This document shows positions 1 to 10,196 of a stretch of 64,000 nucleotides of DNA, piece by piece. Source of the stretch: an uncultured delta proteobacterium (GTDB lineage: Bacteria > Desulfobacterota > RBG-13-43-22); NCBI GenBank assembly GCA_963716045.1, contig CAVQSS010000025.1, positions 772-64,771 of the forward strand, read 5' to 3'. Position 1 is the stretch's first letter. The number at the start of each line of letters is the position of its first letter. The notes under the pieces were generated by a model that worked only from the letters and a program-made list of their open reading frames with translations, had not been told where the DNA came from and ran no database searches. Both the position numbers and the translations under genes were made by a program.

Positions 1-148
1 CGATACCTGCGAACTGGAAGGGCCGGATTTGCGGGAATACCTGAACGGAATGCAGCTTCCGGTGCTGATGATCGAGGACGATTACTCCACCTCCACCATC
101 GGCCAGCTCCGCACCCGGGTCCAGGCCTTCCTGGAAATGCTGACTTAA
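1..148 (+). CDS. 3' end (partial) of an HGD-D family subunit (BcrC/HgdA-like) of an ATP-dependent acyl-CoA reductase/dehydratase
   Basis: Frame open from the window edge, ending ...LPVLMIEDDYSTSTIGQLRTRVQAFLEMLT* (TAA 146-148). Followed 10 nt later by a second HGD-D type gene and two activase ATPases. Confidence 0.6.
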   Translation, partial: DTCELEGPDLREYLNGMQLPVLMIEDDYSTSTIGQLRTRVQAFLEMLT

Positions 149-157
149 GGGGAATGG

Positions 158-1469
158 ATGGCTATGGAAGAGAAAGAACAAACAAAACCACGGCGGTCAA
201 AGGCACGGATACGGCCCGGCAAGGTGCGGGCCCTGGTGAAGAGCATTTATCGGAACGCCCACGAAGCCAAGGCCCAGGGCAAGAAAGTGGCCTATTTCAT
301 GGTGGCCTCCCAGTACGACGAAATCCTGCGGGCCATGGACATCGTGCCCCTGCCCACGGAAAACTATGCCGGGCTGTGCGCCGCCAAGCGCGACATGGAC
401 CGCTTTCTTCTCCAGGCGGAGGCGGACGGCTACTCCCAGGTGCTCTGCAGCTACGCCCGGATCGGCCTGGGCTTCGACAGCCTGCGAAAAGAGCTGGGCG
501 GCATCCCGGAAAACGCCCCGGACGGCGGGATGCCCGTGCCGGATATGATGCTGGGCAGCAGCGCCGTCTGTGACCCCCGCTTTAAATGGTTCCAGGCGGC
601 CGGGCGCTACCTGGACGTGCCCACTTACAACATCGACGTGGTCGGGCCGCCGGCCTATGCGGACCTGGACCGGGTGCGGGACTACTATATCCAATATCAA
701 AAAGAACAGTTTCAGGGCCTGATCGGGTTTCTCGAGCGGCAGACCGGCCAAAGGCTGGACCGGGAGCGACTCTGGGAGGCCATCCGGCTGAGGTGACGAG
801 GCCTGGCGGCTCTGGTACGAGATCGACCGGCTGCGCACCGCCGTCCCCGGCCCCATGCCGACCCAGGACCACTTCAGCGTCATGGTGGCCGGCCATTATT
901 TCTCCGGCACCCGGGTGGCGGTGGATTTCTACCAGGGGCTTTACGACGAAGTGAAGGCCAAGGCGGAAAACAAAATCGGCGTGATCCCCGAGGAAAAATA
1001 CCGTCTGCTCTACGGCGGCGGCCTGCCTCCCTGGCACACCCTCTGGATCTTCAATTACTTCGAAAGCTTCGGGGCCGTGTTCGTGATTGAAAACGTCTAC
1101 CGGGGCTATGATCCCGTGGAAGTGCCGGCCCGGATCAAAGACCCGGTGGAATACCTGGCCTGGCGGACCTTCCTGCGCTTCACCCAGCGCCACGAACAGG
1201 CCCGGACCCGCAGCGGCCATCCGATCGTGGAAAAATTGCTGGGGATGATCGACGATTACCGGATCGACGGGGTGGTCTTTCACGCCTGCCGTTCCTGCCG
1301 AGCGACCACGGTCGGCCAGGTGCACATCAAAAACCTCTTGGGCCGGTTCAAGGATATCCCCATGATGCAGTTGGTCTCCGACATGGTGGACCTCCGGGAT
1401 TATTCGGAGGCCCAATGGAAGGCCCAGATCGGAGCCTTTATCGAAGCCTTGGCCGCCCGGGTGGGGTAG
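158..1469 (+). pseudogene. HGD-D family subunit (BcrB/HgdB-like) split by a 1-nt frameshift near 789-794
   Basis: ORFs 158-796 and 855-1469 are the N- and C-halves of one ~435-aa protein. The second frame extended upstream reads GDEAWRLWYEIDRLRTAVPGPMPTQDH, directly continuing ...RERLWEAIRL of the first. Skipping one base at ~791 joins them. Confidence 0.8.
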
Positions 1470-1523
1470 AGGCTAAAGTCCGAAGAAGGCTACCGCCAGA
1501 CCTTTACACCGGCGTGATCAATA

Positions 1524-1663
1524 AATTCGAAATGCCGAAACACGACAATTCGAAACAGAGCACAAAGGTCCAAAATCCAAACTGTCCGAAACGAAAACGC
1601 TTTGAATTTTGAAATTTGGTCATTTGAATTTGTTTCGGATTTCGAATTTCGGATTTCGAGTTT
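1524..1663. repeat. Family-1 intergenic palindromic element (MITE/REP-like), copy A, degenerate left arm
   Basis: Right arm CATTTGAATTTGTTTCGGATTTCGAATTTCGGATTTCGAGTTT (1621-1663). A degenerate inverted left arm starts ~1526. Same arms recur at 47344-47513, 57182-57246 and 62342-62546. Confidence 0.85.
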
Positions 1664-1685
1664 AAGCAAATTTAGAGGATAAACT

Positions 1686-2516
1686 ATGCCCTTTGCCGGC
1701 CTCGACATCGGCTCCACCATGACCAAGGCGGTCATCATCGACCGGGAAGGAAAGGTCCTGGGATCGGTCATCGGCCCCACCGGCGCCGAACACCGCCATT
1801 TGGCCCTTCAGGTGATGGCCGAGGCGCTGGATAAAACGGGCCTGGTCCTGGAGGCGCTGGACTTTATCGTGGCCACCGGTTATGGGCGGATCAATGTCCC
1901 CTTTGCCGACAAGCAGATTACGGAGATCACCTGCCACGCCCGAGGCATTCGGGCCCTCTTTCCCACGGCCCGGACCGTCATCGATATCGGCGGGCAGGAC
2001 TCCAAGGGCATCAAACTGGACGCCGGGGGCAAGGTCGTCAACTTTGTCATGAACGACAAGTGCGCCGCCGGGACCGGCCGTTTCCTGGAAGTGATCGCCG
2101 ATACCCTGGGGATTCCCCTGGCCGAAATGGGCGGCCTTTCGCTGACGGCCAAGGAAGCCGTCCCGATTTCCAATACCTGCACCGTCTTTGCCGAGCACGA
2201 GGTAACCTCCCGGCTGGCCGAGGGGGCGGGTGTGCCGGAAATCATCGCCGGGCTGCACGCGGCCATCGCCGGGCGGGTGGTGAATCTGGTCCGGACCCTG
2301 GGGATCCAAAAGGACGTGGCGGTCACCGGCGGCGGGGCCAAGAATATCGGGTTGGTTCGGGCCGTCGAGGATAAAGTCGGTTTTCCGGTACTGGTGCCGG
2401 CCGAACCCCTTCTCACCGGGGCCTTGGGAGCGGCTCTGCTGGGAATGGATTTCATCGCCCGCGGGATGATCTCGAACCGGGCCAGAAAACTGGAAGGGGT
2501 GACCTTCTTCCAATGA
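1686..2516 (+). CDS. BcrA/BcrD/HgdC-type activase ATPase (BadF/BadG/BcrA/BcrD family)
   Basis: 276 aa. Actin-like ATPase start GLDIGSTMTKAVI. Cluster-ligand cysteines in NDKCAAGTGRF and SNTCTVFAE. ATGA overlap with the next gene. Confidence 0.9.
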   Translation: MPFAGLDIGSTMTKAVIIDREGKVLGSVIGPTGAEHRHLALQVMAEALDKTGLVLEALDFIVATGYGRINVPFADKQITEITCHARGIRALFPTARTVIDIGGQDSKGIKLDAGGKVVNFVMNDKCAAGTGRFLEVIADTLGIPLAEMGGLSLTAKEAVPISNTCTVFAEHEVTSRLAEGAGVPEIIAGLHAAIAGRVVNLVRTLGIQKDVAVTGGGAKNIGLVRAVEDKVGFPVLVPAEPLLTGALGAALLGMDFIARGMISNRARKLEGVTFFQ

Positions 2517-3301
2517 ACGGAGACCGTCTTTGTTTCGCCGGGGTGGATATCGGTTCGGCCTTTATCAAAGCCGTTCTGGTGAGCCGACAAAAAATCCTGG
2601 CTTCCGCAATGCTCCCCTCCGGAGGCCGCTACCGGGAAACCGCCGGAGACGTTTTGGAGACGGCGCTGGCCCAAGCCGGTCTGAGCCGGGAACGGCTCGC
2701 CGGCATCGTGGTCACCGGCGTGGGGGCGGAAAGCGCCCCCTTCCCGGCGAGGTCGGTATCCGATATTTCCTGTCAGGCCCGGGGCTGCCGCTTCCATTTT
2801 CCTTCGGCCCGCACCGTGATCGATATCGGCGGGCAGTTCACCAAAGCCGCCAAATTGAACCCCGAGGGTCGGGTGGCCGATTTCCTGATCAGCGAAAAAT
2901 GCGCCGCGGGCTCCGGGCGTTTCTTGCAGATCATGGCTCGCATCCTGCAGATCGAATGGGAGACGATCGGCCCCCTTTCCCTGAAATCAAAAACACCGGT
3001 GGAGTTTTCCACCAACTGCGCCGTCTTTGCCGAATCGGAAACCGTCTCCCGGCTGGCCGAAGGCGCCCGCCCGGAAGACTTGCTGGCCGGCGTGCATCGT
3101 GCCATGGCCGCCAAGGTGGCCATGCTGGCCAAAAGGCTGAAGATGGAGCCGGAAGTGGTCCTTACCGGCGGCGGGGCGGAGGATGCCGGCCTGGTCCGGG
3201 CCGTCAGCGAGGCCCTGGGCCTGGAAGTGCGGGTCCCGGAAAATCCCCGGCTCACGGCCGCCCTCGGCGCCGCCTGCCTGGCCGAGGAGAACCAACCCTG
3301 A
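2513..3301 (+). CDS. Second BcrA/BcrD/HgdC-type activase ATPase
   Basis: 262 aa. Motifs GVDIGSAFIKAVLV, SEKCAAGSGRFL and STNCAVFAESE. The paired paralogous ATPases resemble the alpha/delta pair of class-I benzoyl-CoA reductases. Confidence 0.9.
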   Translation: MNGDRLCFAGVDIGSAFIKAVLVSRQKILASAMLPSGGRYRETAGDVLETALAQAGLSRERLAGIVVTGVGAESAPFPARSVSDISCQARGCRFHFPSARTVIDIGGQFTKAAKLNPEGRVADFLISEKCAAGSGRFLQIMARILQIEWETIGPLSLKSKTPVEFSTNCAVFAESETVSRLAEGARPEDLLAGVHRAMAAKVAMLAKRLKMEPEVVLTGGGAEDAGLVRAVSEALGLEVRVPENPRLTAALGAACLAEENQP

Positions 3302-3484
3302 ATTTCCCGGCCGGTAATTTTCACCCGATAATTCTTGCCAAGCGAAAAATACTTTAGTACCATGAATCTCGGATTTCGTGGGCCGCCACCTTCCATCCGC
3401 CGGCGACCGGAAGGCGCCCCACGGTACGACCTGAACGTCTTGCCGGCATTGGCATCGGGCAACAACCCGGACAGGATTTCGGTG

Positions 3485-4717
3485 ATGAAACGGCTCAGAA
3501 GCGCTCTTGCGATACTTTTCATTCTCTCCTGGTTTTCCGCTTCGGGGTGTGATTGGATGGGGCCGGGAACCGCCCCGACCGAAGCCGTTCCCGGCGTCAG
3601 CGACCAGACCCTGCTTATCGGGTCTTCCATGGCACTGGGAGGCCACGCCAGCTACCTGGGCAAGCAAACCCTGCACGGCGCCCTTTCCTTTATCAATCAA
3701 GTCAACAATGAAGGAGGCATCCACGGCCGAAAAATCAAATTGATCGCCTATGATGACGGCTACGATCCGCAGGTCTGCGTCGCCAATACCCAGCGGTTGA
3801 TCATCCATGACAAGGTCTTCGCCCTTTTTTGCTATGTGGGGACACCCACTACGGTAAAGATTTTGCCCATCCTGGAACAGGCGAAGATCCCCCTGGTGGG
3901 GGTCTTCTCGGGGGCCAACGCCTTGCGGGAACCACTTAACCGGTACATCCTAAACATCCGGGCCTCGTATTACCAGGAAACAAAGAATGCCGTGAAAAAC
4001 CTGGTCGAGGACTTGGGCCTGAAAAAAGTGGCGGTTTTTTATCAATACGACGCCTACGGGTTCGATGGGTTGAAAGGGACAGAACTGGCCCTCAAGGACT
4101 TCGGTTTGACGCCCGTAGCCCGCGGGACCTATACCCGGGGGACCCTGAATGTCGAAGACGGGCTGGGTAAAATCAAAAATTCCGACGCGGAAGCCGTGGT
4201 CATGATCGGGACCTACGAACCCTGCGCCAAATTCATCCGGCTGGCCAAATCCCAGGGTTACCAGCCTATCTTTTATAATGTATCCTTTGTGGGAGCCGAT
4301 GAACTGGCCCGCCGACTGGGGGAAGAAGGGGAAGGCGTGATCGTCAGTCAGGTCGTCCCTTCGCCGGAACCGCCTCAAAACCAGGCGCCGTTAAAAGGGG
4401 TCAAGGATTATGCGGAACTCCACAAAAAGTTTTTCCCCGAGGACAGCCCGAATGTGATTGGCCTGGAGGGGTTTATCAATGCCCGGGTTTTGGTGGAAGG
4501 CTTACTCCGCGCGGGGAAGAATCTCGATCGGGAAAAATTTATTGACGCGCTGGAAACCGTCCGGAATTTTTCCGTGGGCATAGACCAGGAAATCAATTTC
4601 AGCCCGCAGGATCATCAAGGTCTGAAGGCGGTTTATTTTTCCCGGATCCACCGGTTTCGATTCGTCCCTCTCTCGGACTGGAAGGAAATAGGGCGGGTTC
4701 GGGGTGGTCGTTCATAG
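3485..4717 (+). CDS. Periplasmic substrate-binding protein, Leu/Ile/Val-binding (type I PBP) family
   Basis: In-frame ATG at 3485 gives MKRLRSALAILFILSWFSASGC (signal peptide, possible lipobox). LLIGSSMALGGHASYLGKQ...GGIHGRKIKLIAYDDGYDP is typical of LivK-like binding proteins. The ORF-track start at 3335 is rejected. Confidence 0.8.
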   Translation: MKRLRSALAILFILSWFSASGCDWMGPGTAPTEAVPGVSDQTLLIGSSMALGGHASYLGKQTLHGALSFINQVNNEGGIHGRKIKLIAYDDGYDPQVCVANTQRLIIHDKVFALFCYVGTPTTVKILPILEQAKIPLVGVFSGANALREPLNRYILNIRASYYQETKNAVKNLVEDLGLKKVAVFYQYDAYGFDGLKGTELALKDFGLTPVARGTYTRGTLNVEDGLGKIKNSDAEAVVMIGTYEPCAKFIRLAKSQGYQPIFYNVSFVGADELARRLGEEGEGVIVSQVVPSPEPPQNQAPLKGVKDYAELHKKFFPEDSPNVIGLEGFINARVLVEGLLRAGKNLDREKFIDALETVRNFSVGIDQEINFSPQDHQGLKAVYFSRIHRFRFVPLSDWKEIGRVRGGRS

Positions 4718-4749
4718 CCTTAGGCCCGGATTCAAAGCCCGGAGGACCT

Positions 4750-6612
4750 TTGGAACGTTTTAGAAGCCTCAGTTTTAAGAACAAGATACTCTTCTTGACC
4801 ATCGCGGTCATTTTGCTGCTGAGTTTCAGCATCCTGGTGGCCACCCGTTTTATCCTGATCCCGGCGCTCACCGATGAATTGAAGCGGCGGGGAATCGCGA
4901 TCGCCCAGAGCCTGGCCGACCTGGGCAAGAGCTATATCCTCCATGAGGACACCACCAACCTGACGGGGTTGGTCTTTGACACGGCGCTCTTGGGCGAGCG
5001 GCGGCAGTTGGTAGCCTATATTTTTATTTCGGATACCGCCAGCAAGGTGCTGGCCCACAGCTTCATCACCGATTTCCCCGCACAACTGAACGGGATCAAT
5101 CCGGTTAAACCCAATCAGAGCCACGCTATCAGGCAAGTGGATATCCAAGGATACACGTCGTATGACATCGCCGTCCCGATCATGGAGGGCATTTATCAAA
5201 TCGGCACGGCCCATGTGGGTTTGAACAAGAAGCACATCGATCACCTGGTGGATCAGCTTCGGAATGCCTATCTGGGGATCACCTTCGCCATTATTCTGTT
5301 GTTTTTCCTGATCAGTCACTGGCTGTCCCGCTATATCACCCGGCCTATTTCCCAGTTGATCCAGGTCTCAGACGATATCAGCCGCGGGAATTTCAATATC
5401 GAGCCGGCCTTGGCCAAGGTGGTCTATAAAGAGGGGGGCCGTGATGAAATCGTTCAATTGGCCAGCTCCATCAACCACATGGCCGAAAACCTCCAGGTCT
5501 CGCAGAAACAGTTGCGGGAATCCGAGGGGAAATACCGGTCCCTGTTCGATAGCGGACCGAATCCGATTTTTGTCCTGGATGCCGAAACCCAGGAGATCCT
5601 GGACGCCAACCCCAGCGCGGTGGACACCTACGGGTATACCAAGGAAGAATTAAAACAACGTACCTTTACCGAATTGGGCGGGCTGGACAGCGGGGAGACT
5701 TCGTCCTCGATGCTCAATAAGCAGTGCTCCGGGACCGATCATATTGTCATTTCCAACGTGAAACATTTAAAAAAAGGGAACCGGGCCTTCCACGTGAACA
5801 TCCACGGCTGTTCCACGAAATATAAAGAACGCGACGCCCTGATCGTGGCCACGACGGATATTACCGAAATCGTCGAGAAAGAGGCCCAACTGATCCAGGC
5901 CAGCAAGCTGACCACGTTGGGACAGATGTCGGCCGGCATCGCTCACGAACTCAATCAACCCCTGAATGCCATTAAGGTAGGCAACGAGTTCCTAAAGATG
6001 ATGACCCAGGAGGGCCGAGCGATTCCCCAGGAGGACCTGCTTCAGGTGGTCAACGAGGTCAGCAACCAGGTGGACCGAGCCGCCGAGATCATCAATCATC
6101 TGCGGGATTTCAGCCGCAAAGCCGATCAGGTCAAGGAAAAGGTGGACGTCAACCGGTCCATCAAAACGGTCAACAGCCTGTTAAGCCAGCAACTCCATCT
6201 GGAAAACATCGGTCTGGATCTGGAGCTCGACAAGCAGACCCCGCTGATCAGAGCCCAGGCCAACCGGTTCGAGCAGGTCCTTTTCAATTTGGTGACCAAC
6301 GCCCGGGACGCCATCAGTCAAAAGAAGGAAGAGGGAGACAGTCGATCCCGCGGGAACATCCGCATCCGCACCAGCCAGGAAAAGGACCGGGTGATCATCG
6401 AGGTTTCCGATGGCGGGATCGGGATGCCGCCCACGGTGAGGGAACAGATCTTTGAACCTTTTTTTACGACCAAGGAAACCGGGAAAGGCACCGGCCTGGG
6501 GTTGTCTATTGTCTATGGGATCGTCAAGGATTACAATGGCGAGATCGAAGTGGTCAGCCAGGAAGGGGCGGGCACCACCTTCCGATTGTCTTTTCCCGCG
6601 ATAACCACCTGA
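4750..6612 (+). CDS. Sensor histidine kinase (TM - periplasmic domain - TM - HAMP - PAS - HisKA - HATPase_c)
   Basis: TTG start 4 nt after GGAGGA. Two hydrophobic helices. H-box [16 protein letters not shown]-boxes DGGIGMP and GTGLGLSIV. Confidence 0.9.
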   Translation: MERFRSLSFKNKILFLTIAVILLLSFSILVATRFILIPALTDELKRRGIAIAQSLADLGKSYILHEDTTNLTGLVFDTALLGERRQLVAYIFISDTASKVLAHSFITDFPAQLNGINPVKPNQSHAIRQVDIQGYTSYDIAVPIMEGIYQIGTAHVGLNKKHIDHLVDQLRNAYLGITFAIILLFFLISHWLSRYITRPISQLIQVSDDISRGNFNIEPALAKVVYKEGGRDEIVQLASSINHMAENLQVSQKQLRESEGKYRSLFDSGPNPIFVLDAETQEILDANPSAVDTYGYTKEELKQRTFTELGGLDSGETSSSMLNKQCSGTDHIVISNVKHLKKGNRAFHVNIHGCSTKYKERDALIVATTDITEIVEKEAQLIQASKLTTLGQMSAGIAHELNQPLNAIKVGNEFLKMMTQEGRAIPQEDLLQVVNEVSNQVDRAAEIINHLRDFSRKADQVKEKVDVNRSIKTVNSLLSQQLHLENIGLDLELDKQTPLIRAQANRFEQVLFNLVTNARDAISQKKEEGDSRSRGNIRIRTSQEKDRVIIEVSDGGIGMPPTVREQIFEPFFTTKETGKGTGLGLSIVYGIVKDYNGEIEVVSQEGAGTTFRLSFPAITT

Positions 6613-6634
6613 CCCGAAAAACGAGGATTCCGCC

Positions 6635-7369
6635 ATGAAAAAGATTCTGGTCATCGACGATGAACAGCCCACCCTGGCCATGTTCCGGCTTTTTTTAAAG
6701 GCCTATGGATACGAAGTGCTGCTGGCGGAAAACGGGTTTCAGGGATTGGAAATCTTCCGGAAGGAAGGGCCTCCGATCGTCCTGACGGACATCAAGATGC
6801 CCGGGATGGACGGGCTGGAGGTTCTCCGGCAGGTGAAGGAAATCGCACCCCGGACCGAAGTGATCGTGATTTCCGGCCATGGAGACATGGACCTGGCCAT
6901 GCAGGCTTTGCAGTTGAACGCCTCCGATTTTCTCAGCAAACCGGTTCAGAAATCGGAACTGGACATCGCCCTCAAACGGGCGGAGGAACGAATTGAAAAG
7001 GAGGCGGACCAAGCCAACGAAATCCGGGTAAAGCTTCGGGAGAACCACCTCGCGGTTCTGGAGGTGGAGGGTGACATCTCTTCCCGTTCGGAGCCCATCC
7101 TCAAAGATGCCTTTCAACAGGCCTTGGTCAAGGGGACCCGGAAATTCCTGCTCCGGTTCACCGGAAAAACCTCCGTGAACAGCGCCGGGGTGGCCGTCAT
7201 CATCCAGCTTTTGCTGGAAGCCCATCGCGGTTCGATCCCGGTGGCTATCTGCGGTCTTTCACCGAACTTTAGAAAACTATTCGAAATGGTAGGAGTAAAC
7301 AACTATGCCCGCTCTTTTGAACAGGAAGAGGAGGCCCTCCGGTATCTGGCCGGCGTCTCCGACGCTTAG
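6635..7369 (+). CDS. Response regulator with receiver domain fused to a STAS (anti-sigma-antagonist-like) domain
   Basis: REC motifs ILVIDDE, VLTDIKMPGMDG and SKP. The C-terminal ~110 aa (LEVEGDISSRSEPILKD...VNSAGVAVIIQLL...CGLSPNFRKLFEMVGV) looks like STAS. Confidence 0.8.
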   Translation: MKKILVIDDEQPTLAMFRLFLKAYGYEVLLAENGFQGLEIFRKEGPPIVLTDIKMPGMDGLEVLRQVKEIAPRTEVIVISGHGDMDLAMQALQLNASDFLSKPVQKSELDIALKRAEERIEKEADQANEIRVKLRENHLAVLEVEGDISSRSEPILKDAFQQALVKGTRKFLLRFTGKTSVNSAGVAVIIQLLLEAHRGSIPVAICGLSPNFRKLFEMVGVNNYARSFEQEEEALRYLAGVSDA

Positions 7370-7438
7370 AGAACCGGGCGGTTCCGGGGGAAAACCGTAA
7401 GGACCGAGGGAGGCAAACACCTGGTTTGCCTGATCCTA

Positions 7439-7969
7439 TTGGCCGGCTTGCTCCTGGTCCTTCCCCGGCCCCTGGAGGCCGCGGATAACAGTCTGCCCTT
7501 CGTGGGGTCCGTGCTCCCCCGTTTTCAGATGGAAACCCCGCCCGATGAAGCGGATAAGAAATACCTGGGATTAGGGAAAGGCGGGAGGTTCACCCTTCAG
7601 CAGGTGCAGGGACAGATCTTCCTGGTGGAAATTATCGGGGTTTATTGCCCGCAATGCCACAAACAGGCCCCCGGGTTCAACCGTTTATTTCAACGGATAC
7701 AAAAGGATCCCCGGTTGGGTCCGAAGGTCAGGATGCTGGCCATCGCGGCCGGCGGGTCGGCCACGGAACTCGGCTACGTGAAACAGGAATTCCCTATTCC
7801 CTTCCCGATCATTAAAGATACTCAATATGAAATCCATAAACTACTGGGGGAACCCCGGACCCCTTTCACCATGCTGATCGACCGGAAAGGGAAAGTGCTG
7901 TTTACCCATCTCGGCATTATCGAGGATATGGAATCCTTCTTTAATAAAATCGCCGGTCTGGTGCCCTGA
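7439..7969 (+). CDS. Thioredoxin-fold thiol:disulfide oxidoreductase (TlpA/redoxin-like), exported
   Basis: CxxC motif in VEIIGVYCPQCHKQAP. N-terminal hydrophobic leader. The true start may be CTG at 7421, 7 nt after GAGGGAGG. Confidence 0.7.
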   Translation: MAGLLLVLPRPLEAADNSLPFVGSVLPRFQMETPPDEADKKYLGLGKGGRFTLQQVQGQIFLVEIIGVYCPQCHKQAPGFNRLFQRIQKDPRLGPKVRMLAIAAGGSATELGYVKQEFPIPFPIIKDTQYEIHKLLGEPRTPFTMLIDRKGKVLFTHLGIIEDMESFFNKIAGLVP

Positions 7970-8127
7970 TCGGAACAGACCGGAAAACCGTTTAATGGGG
8001 CCTTCAAAAATACCAGGGGAAGCACCGCGGCCGGAGACGGCCGATCGGTTTTTTCACCTCCTGACGGACCTATCCCGGGAGGCTGGAGAAGGTTCAGGAA
8101 CCGGCCCAGAAGCTGGAGGCCCTGCTG

Positions 8128-9717
8128 TTGGTCGTGCTGGGTTCCCTGGGCGCTTCCTGCGGGTTCCTCTGGACTCGGGAGAGCTCCTCCGGTCGAGAGT
8201 ATTGGATCGACCGGGGGATCCCGCCGGCCGAAGCTGAAAATTGGAAGACCCTTCTCCCCGGGTTCCTCCAGGATCTCCAGCCGCCGCCCCAAACCGGCAG
8301 CCCCTCTCTTTTTTTCGTTCGAAGGGCCGCCCCCCATCCCCGCCACCGGACTGTCCCACTGAACGACAGGATAAGCCTGATGCTCCATTGGGGATCGGGT
8401 CAACAGTTCCAGGGTTTTTTAGGACTGGGGAAGTTGCTCCGGGGCGGGGACTATACTGCCGAAGATCAAGAGCTCTTCCTGGGGCTGGTTTATAATTTTT
8501 TGGGGCGGGAAGGGGGGCCCTCGGTCTTGGCGGCCGAAAAGTCCCGGCAGATGGACCTGGACGAGGCCCGGAAGGAAATCGGGGAACTGCGCCGGCAAAT
8601 GGGGAACCTGGATTCCGATCAGCACCGCCGGATTTTCTATCTAAAAACCCTTTACGATATCTCTTCGGAACTGGCCGCCCAGCAAGACCCCGCCAAGATG
8701 CTGGAGGAGTTCCTGCTGATGGTCATGGGGGCCTTCGGCTTTAAGCAAGGTTTTATCCAGGCCTTCGATCAGGTCTCCAATCGGACCCGAACCTCGCACC
8801 GGGGATTTGGTCCCAGAGGACCCGAACCCCTTTCTCCCGAGAACTTGATGAGCCTGGCCCGCCCGGAGGACCTCTCCGGAAATATCCCTTCCCTTAAGGC
8901 CCTTCTGTCTTCCGAGATCGACCGGACGGCCGGGTTTACCTCCCCGATTCTCAAGGGACTCTTTTATTACTTCTCGCTCCCCGAGGGCGTCTACGGGATC
9001 CTGGGATTGGGAGGCAAGATTACCTCCCGGGAGATCAACCGGGCCGAGCAGGAACTCCTGCAGACGCTGATTTCCCATCTTCTGGCGTCCCTTTCCAAGG
9101 TCAACTACTCGGAAAAAGTTCTGCGATTGAATCGGGACCTGGAGGAAAGGAATGCCCGGCTGGAAGATACCCTGAAGGAGTTGGTTCGCAGCCGGTCGCG
9201 CATCGAGGTTCTGGAAAAGGCCAAGGCGCAGATCCGCTCGGTTATTCGTAAGGAACTGGAGAGAACCCGGCGCGTATCCCTGGCCGATGTTCTTTTCATC
9301 CTCGTTTTGGGTAGTCTGCTGGGTTTGATCTACAACCTGGCCAACCCCGGCGGGATTTCAGTTTTTTCCCAATCCTGGATACGGGATCCGATTCCCCGGC
9401 TGGCGCCGGCCCAGGCCAAAGCGTTCTACGATGCGGGAACAGCCCGATTCATCGACGCCCGGCCGGAACATTTATTCCGGCAGCGGCGTATCCAAGGGTC
9501 CCTTAATCTGCCCTTAACTCTCTTCGATTTCGTTTACCTGATGAAACTCTCTCAGACGTCCCCGGACCAAAATTTGGTGGTCTACGGCCGGAATGTCAGC
9601 CGGCGCTACGATCTGGAAGTCGGCTTGAAATTACGATCCAAAGGACATACGCGGATCACCATCCTGAACGGAGACCTGGAGGCCTGGCGTCGGTCCGGCC
9701 TTCCTTTGGAACCATGA
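8128..9717 (+). CDS. Membrane protein: GAF-like regions and coiled coils, one TM helix, C-terminal Cys-less rhodanese domain
   Basis: 529 aa. TM at VLFILVLGSLLGLIY. Rhodanese-like RFIDARPEHLFRQRRIQGSLNLP...VVYGRNVSRR has Gly where the catalytic Cys sits. The N-terminus is uncertain (see findings). Confidence 0.65.
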   Translation: MVVLGSLGASCGFLWTRESSSGREYWIDRGIPPAEAENWKTLLPGFLQDLQPPPQTGSPSLFFVRRAAPHPRHRTVPLNDRISLMLHWGSGQQFQGFLGLGKLLRGGDYTAEDQELFLGLVYNFLGREGGPSVLAAEKSRQMDLDEARKEIGELRRQMGNLDSDQHRRIFYLKTLYDISSELAAQQDPAKMLEEFLLMVMGAFGFKQGFIQAFDQVSNRTRTSHRGFGPRGPEPLSPENLMSLARPEDLSGNIPSLKALLSSEIDRTAGFTSPILKGLFYYFSLPEGVYGILGLGGKITSREINRAEQELLQTLISHLLASLSKVNYSEKVLRLNRDLEERNARLEDTLKELVRSRSRIEVLEKAKAQIRSVIRKELERTRRVSLADVLFILVLGSLLGLIYNLANPGGISVFSQSWIRDPIPRLAPAQAKAFYDAGTARFIDARPEHLFRQRRIQGSLNLPLTLFDFVYLMKLSQTSPDQNLVVYGRNVSRRYDLEVGLKLRSKGHTRITILNGDLEAWRRSGLPLEP

Positions 9718-10196
9718 AATCTTCCATCTGGATTCGTTTTTTCACCCATCCGTTGGTTGCATTGGTCTTCCGGCTTTATCTGGGGGGTCTGTTCATCTAT
9801 GCCAGTTTATATAAAATCAATTACACCGCCGAGTTTGCGGAAACGATCGCGAGTTATCAACTGGTGCCCTACTGGGGGGTGAACCTGCTGGCCGTCATCC
9901 TGCCCTGGATCGAGCTGATTTCCGGGATTCTGCTGATCATCGGTATCCGGACCCGTACGGTCTCCGCGGTCATCGGCGGCCTGCTGATCCTTTTCACCCT
10001 GGGCATCCTCTACAACCTGGCGCTGGGGTCCGAGATCAGTTGCGGGTGTTTCCAATCACTGGATGACCCCATCAGCGGCTGGACCGTGTTACGGGACCTG
10101 GTCTGGCTGGCTATGGCCGTCCAGGTATTCTTTTTTGACCAAACCTTTCATCTGGAAAGACGGTATATCCCGTCGATCAAGGAAACCCAAGAATGA
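9714..10196 (+). CDS. MauE/DoxX family integral membrane protein
   Basis: 160 aa, four hydrophobic helices. LYLGGLFIYASLYKI ... ISCGCF motif is typical of MauE-like proteins. ATGA overlap with the upstream gene. Confidence 0.75.
   Translation: MKSSIWIRFFTHPLVALVFRLYLGGLFIYASLYKINYTAEFAETIASYQLVPYWGVNLLAVILPWIELISGILLIIGIRTRTVSAVIGGLLILFTLGILYNLALGSEISCGCFQSLDDPISGWTVLRDLVWLAMAVQVFFFDQTFHLERRYIPSIKETQE

Noticed and set aside
3335-3484. ORF-track N-terminal extension of the binding-protein gene (also the extensions at 46732-47364, 47526-48857, 36911-37969, 55448-57091, 57276-58451 and 35718-36677)
   Set aside because: In each case an internal ATG with a good Shine-Dalgarno sequence gives a family-typical N-terminus or signal peptide. 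The extension is low-complexity and overlaps the neighbouring gene or repeat.
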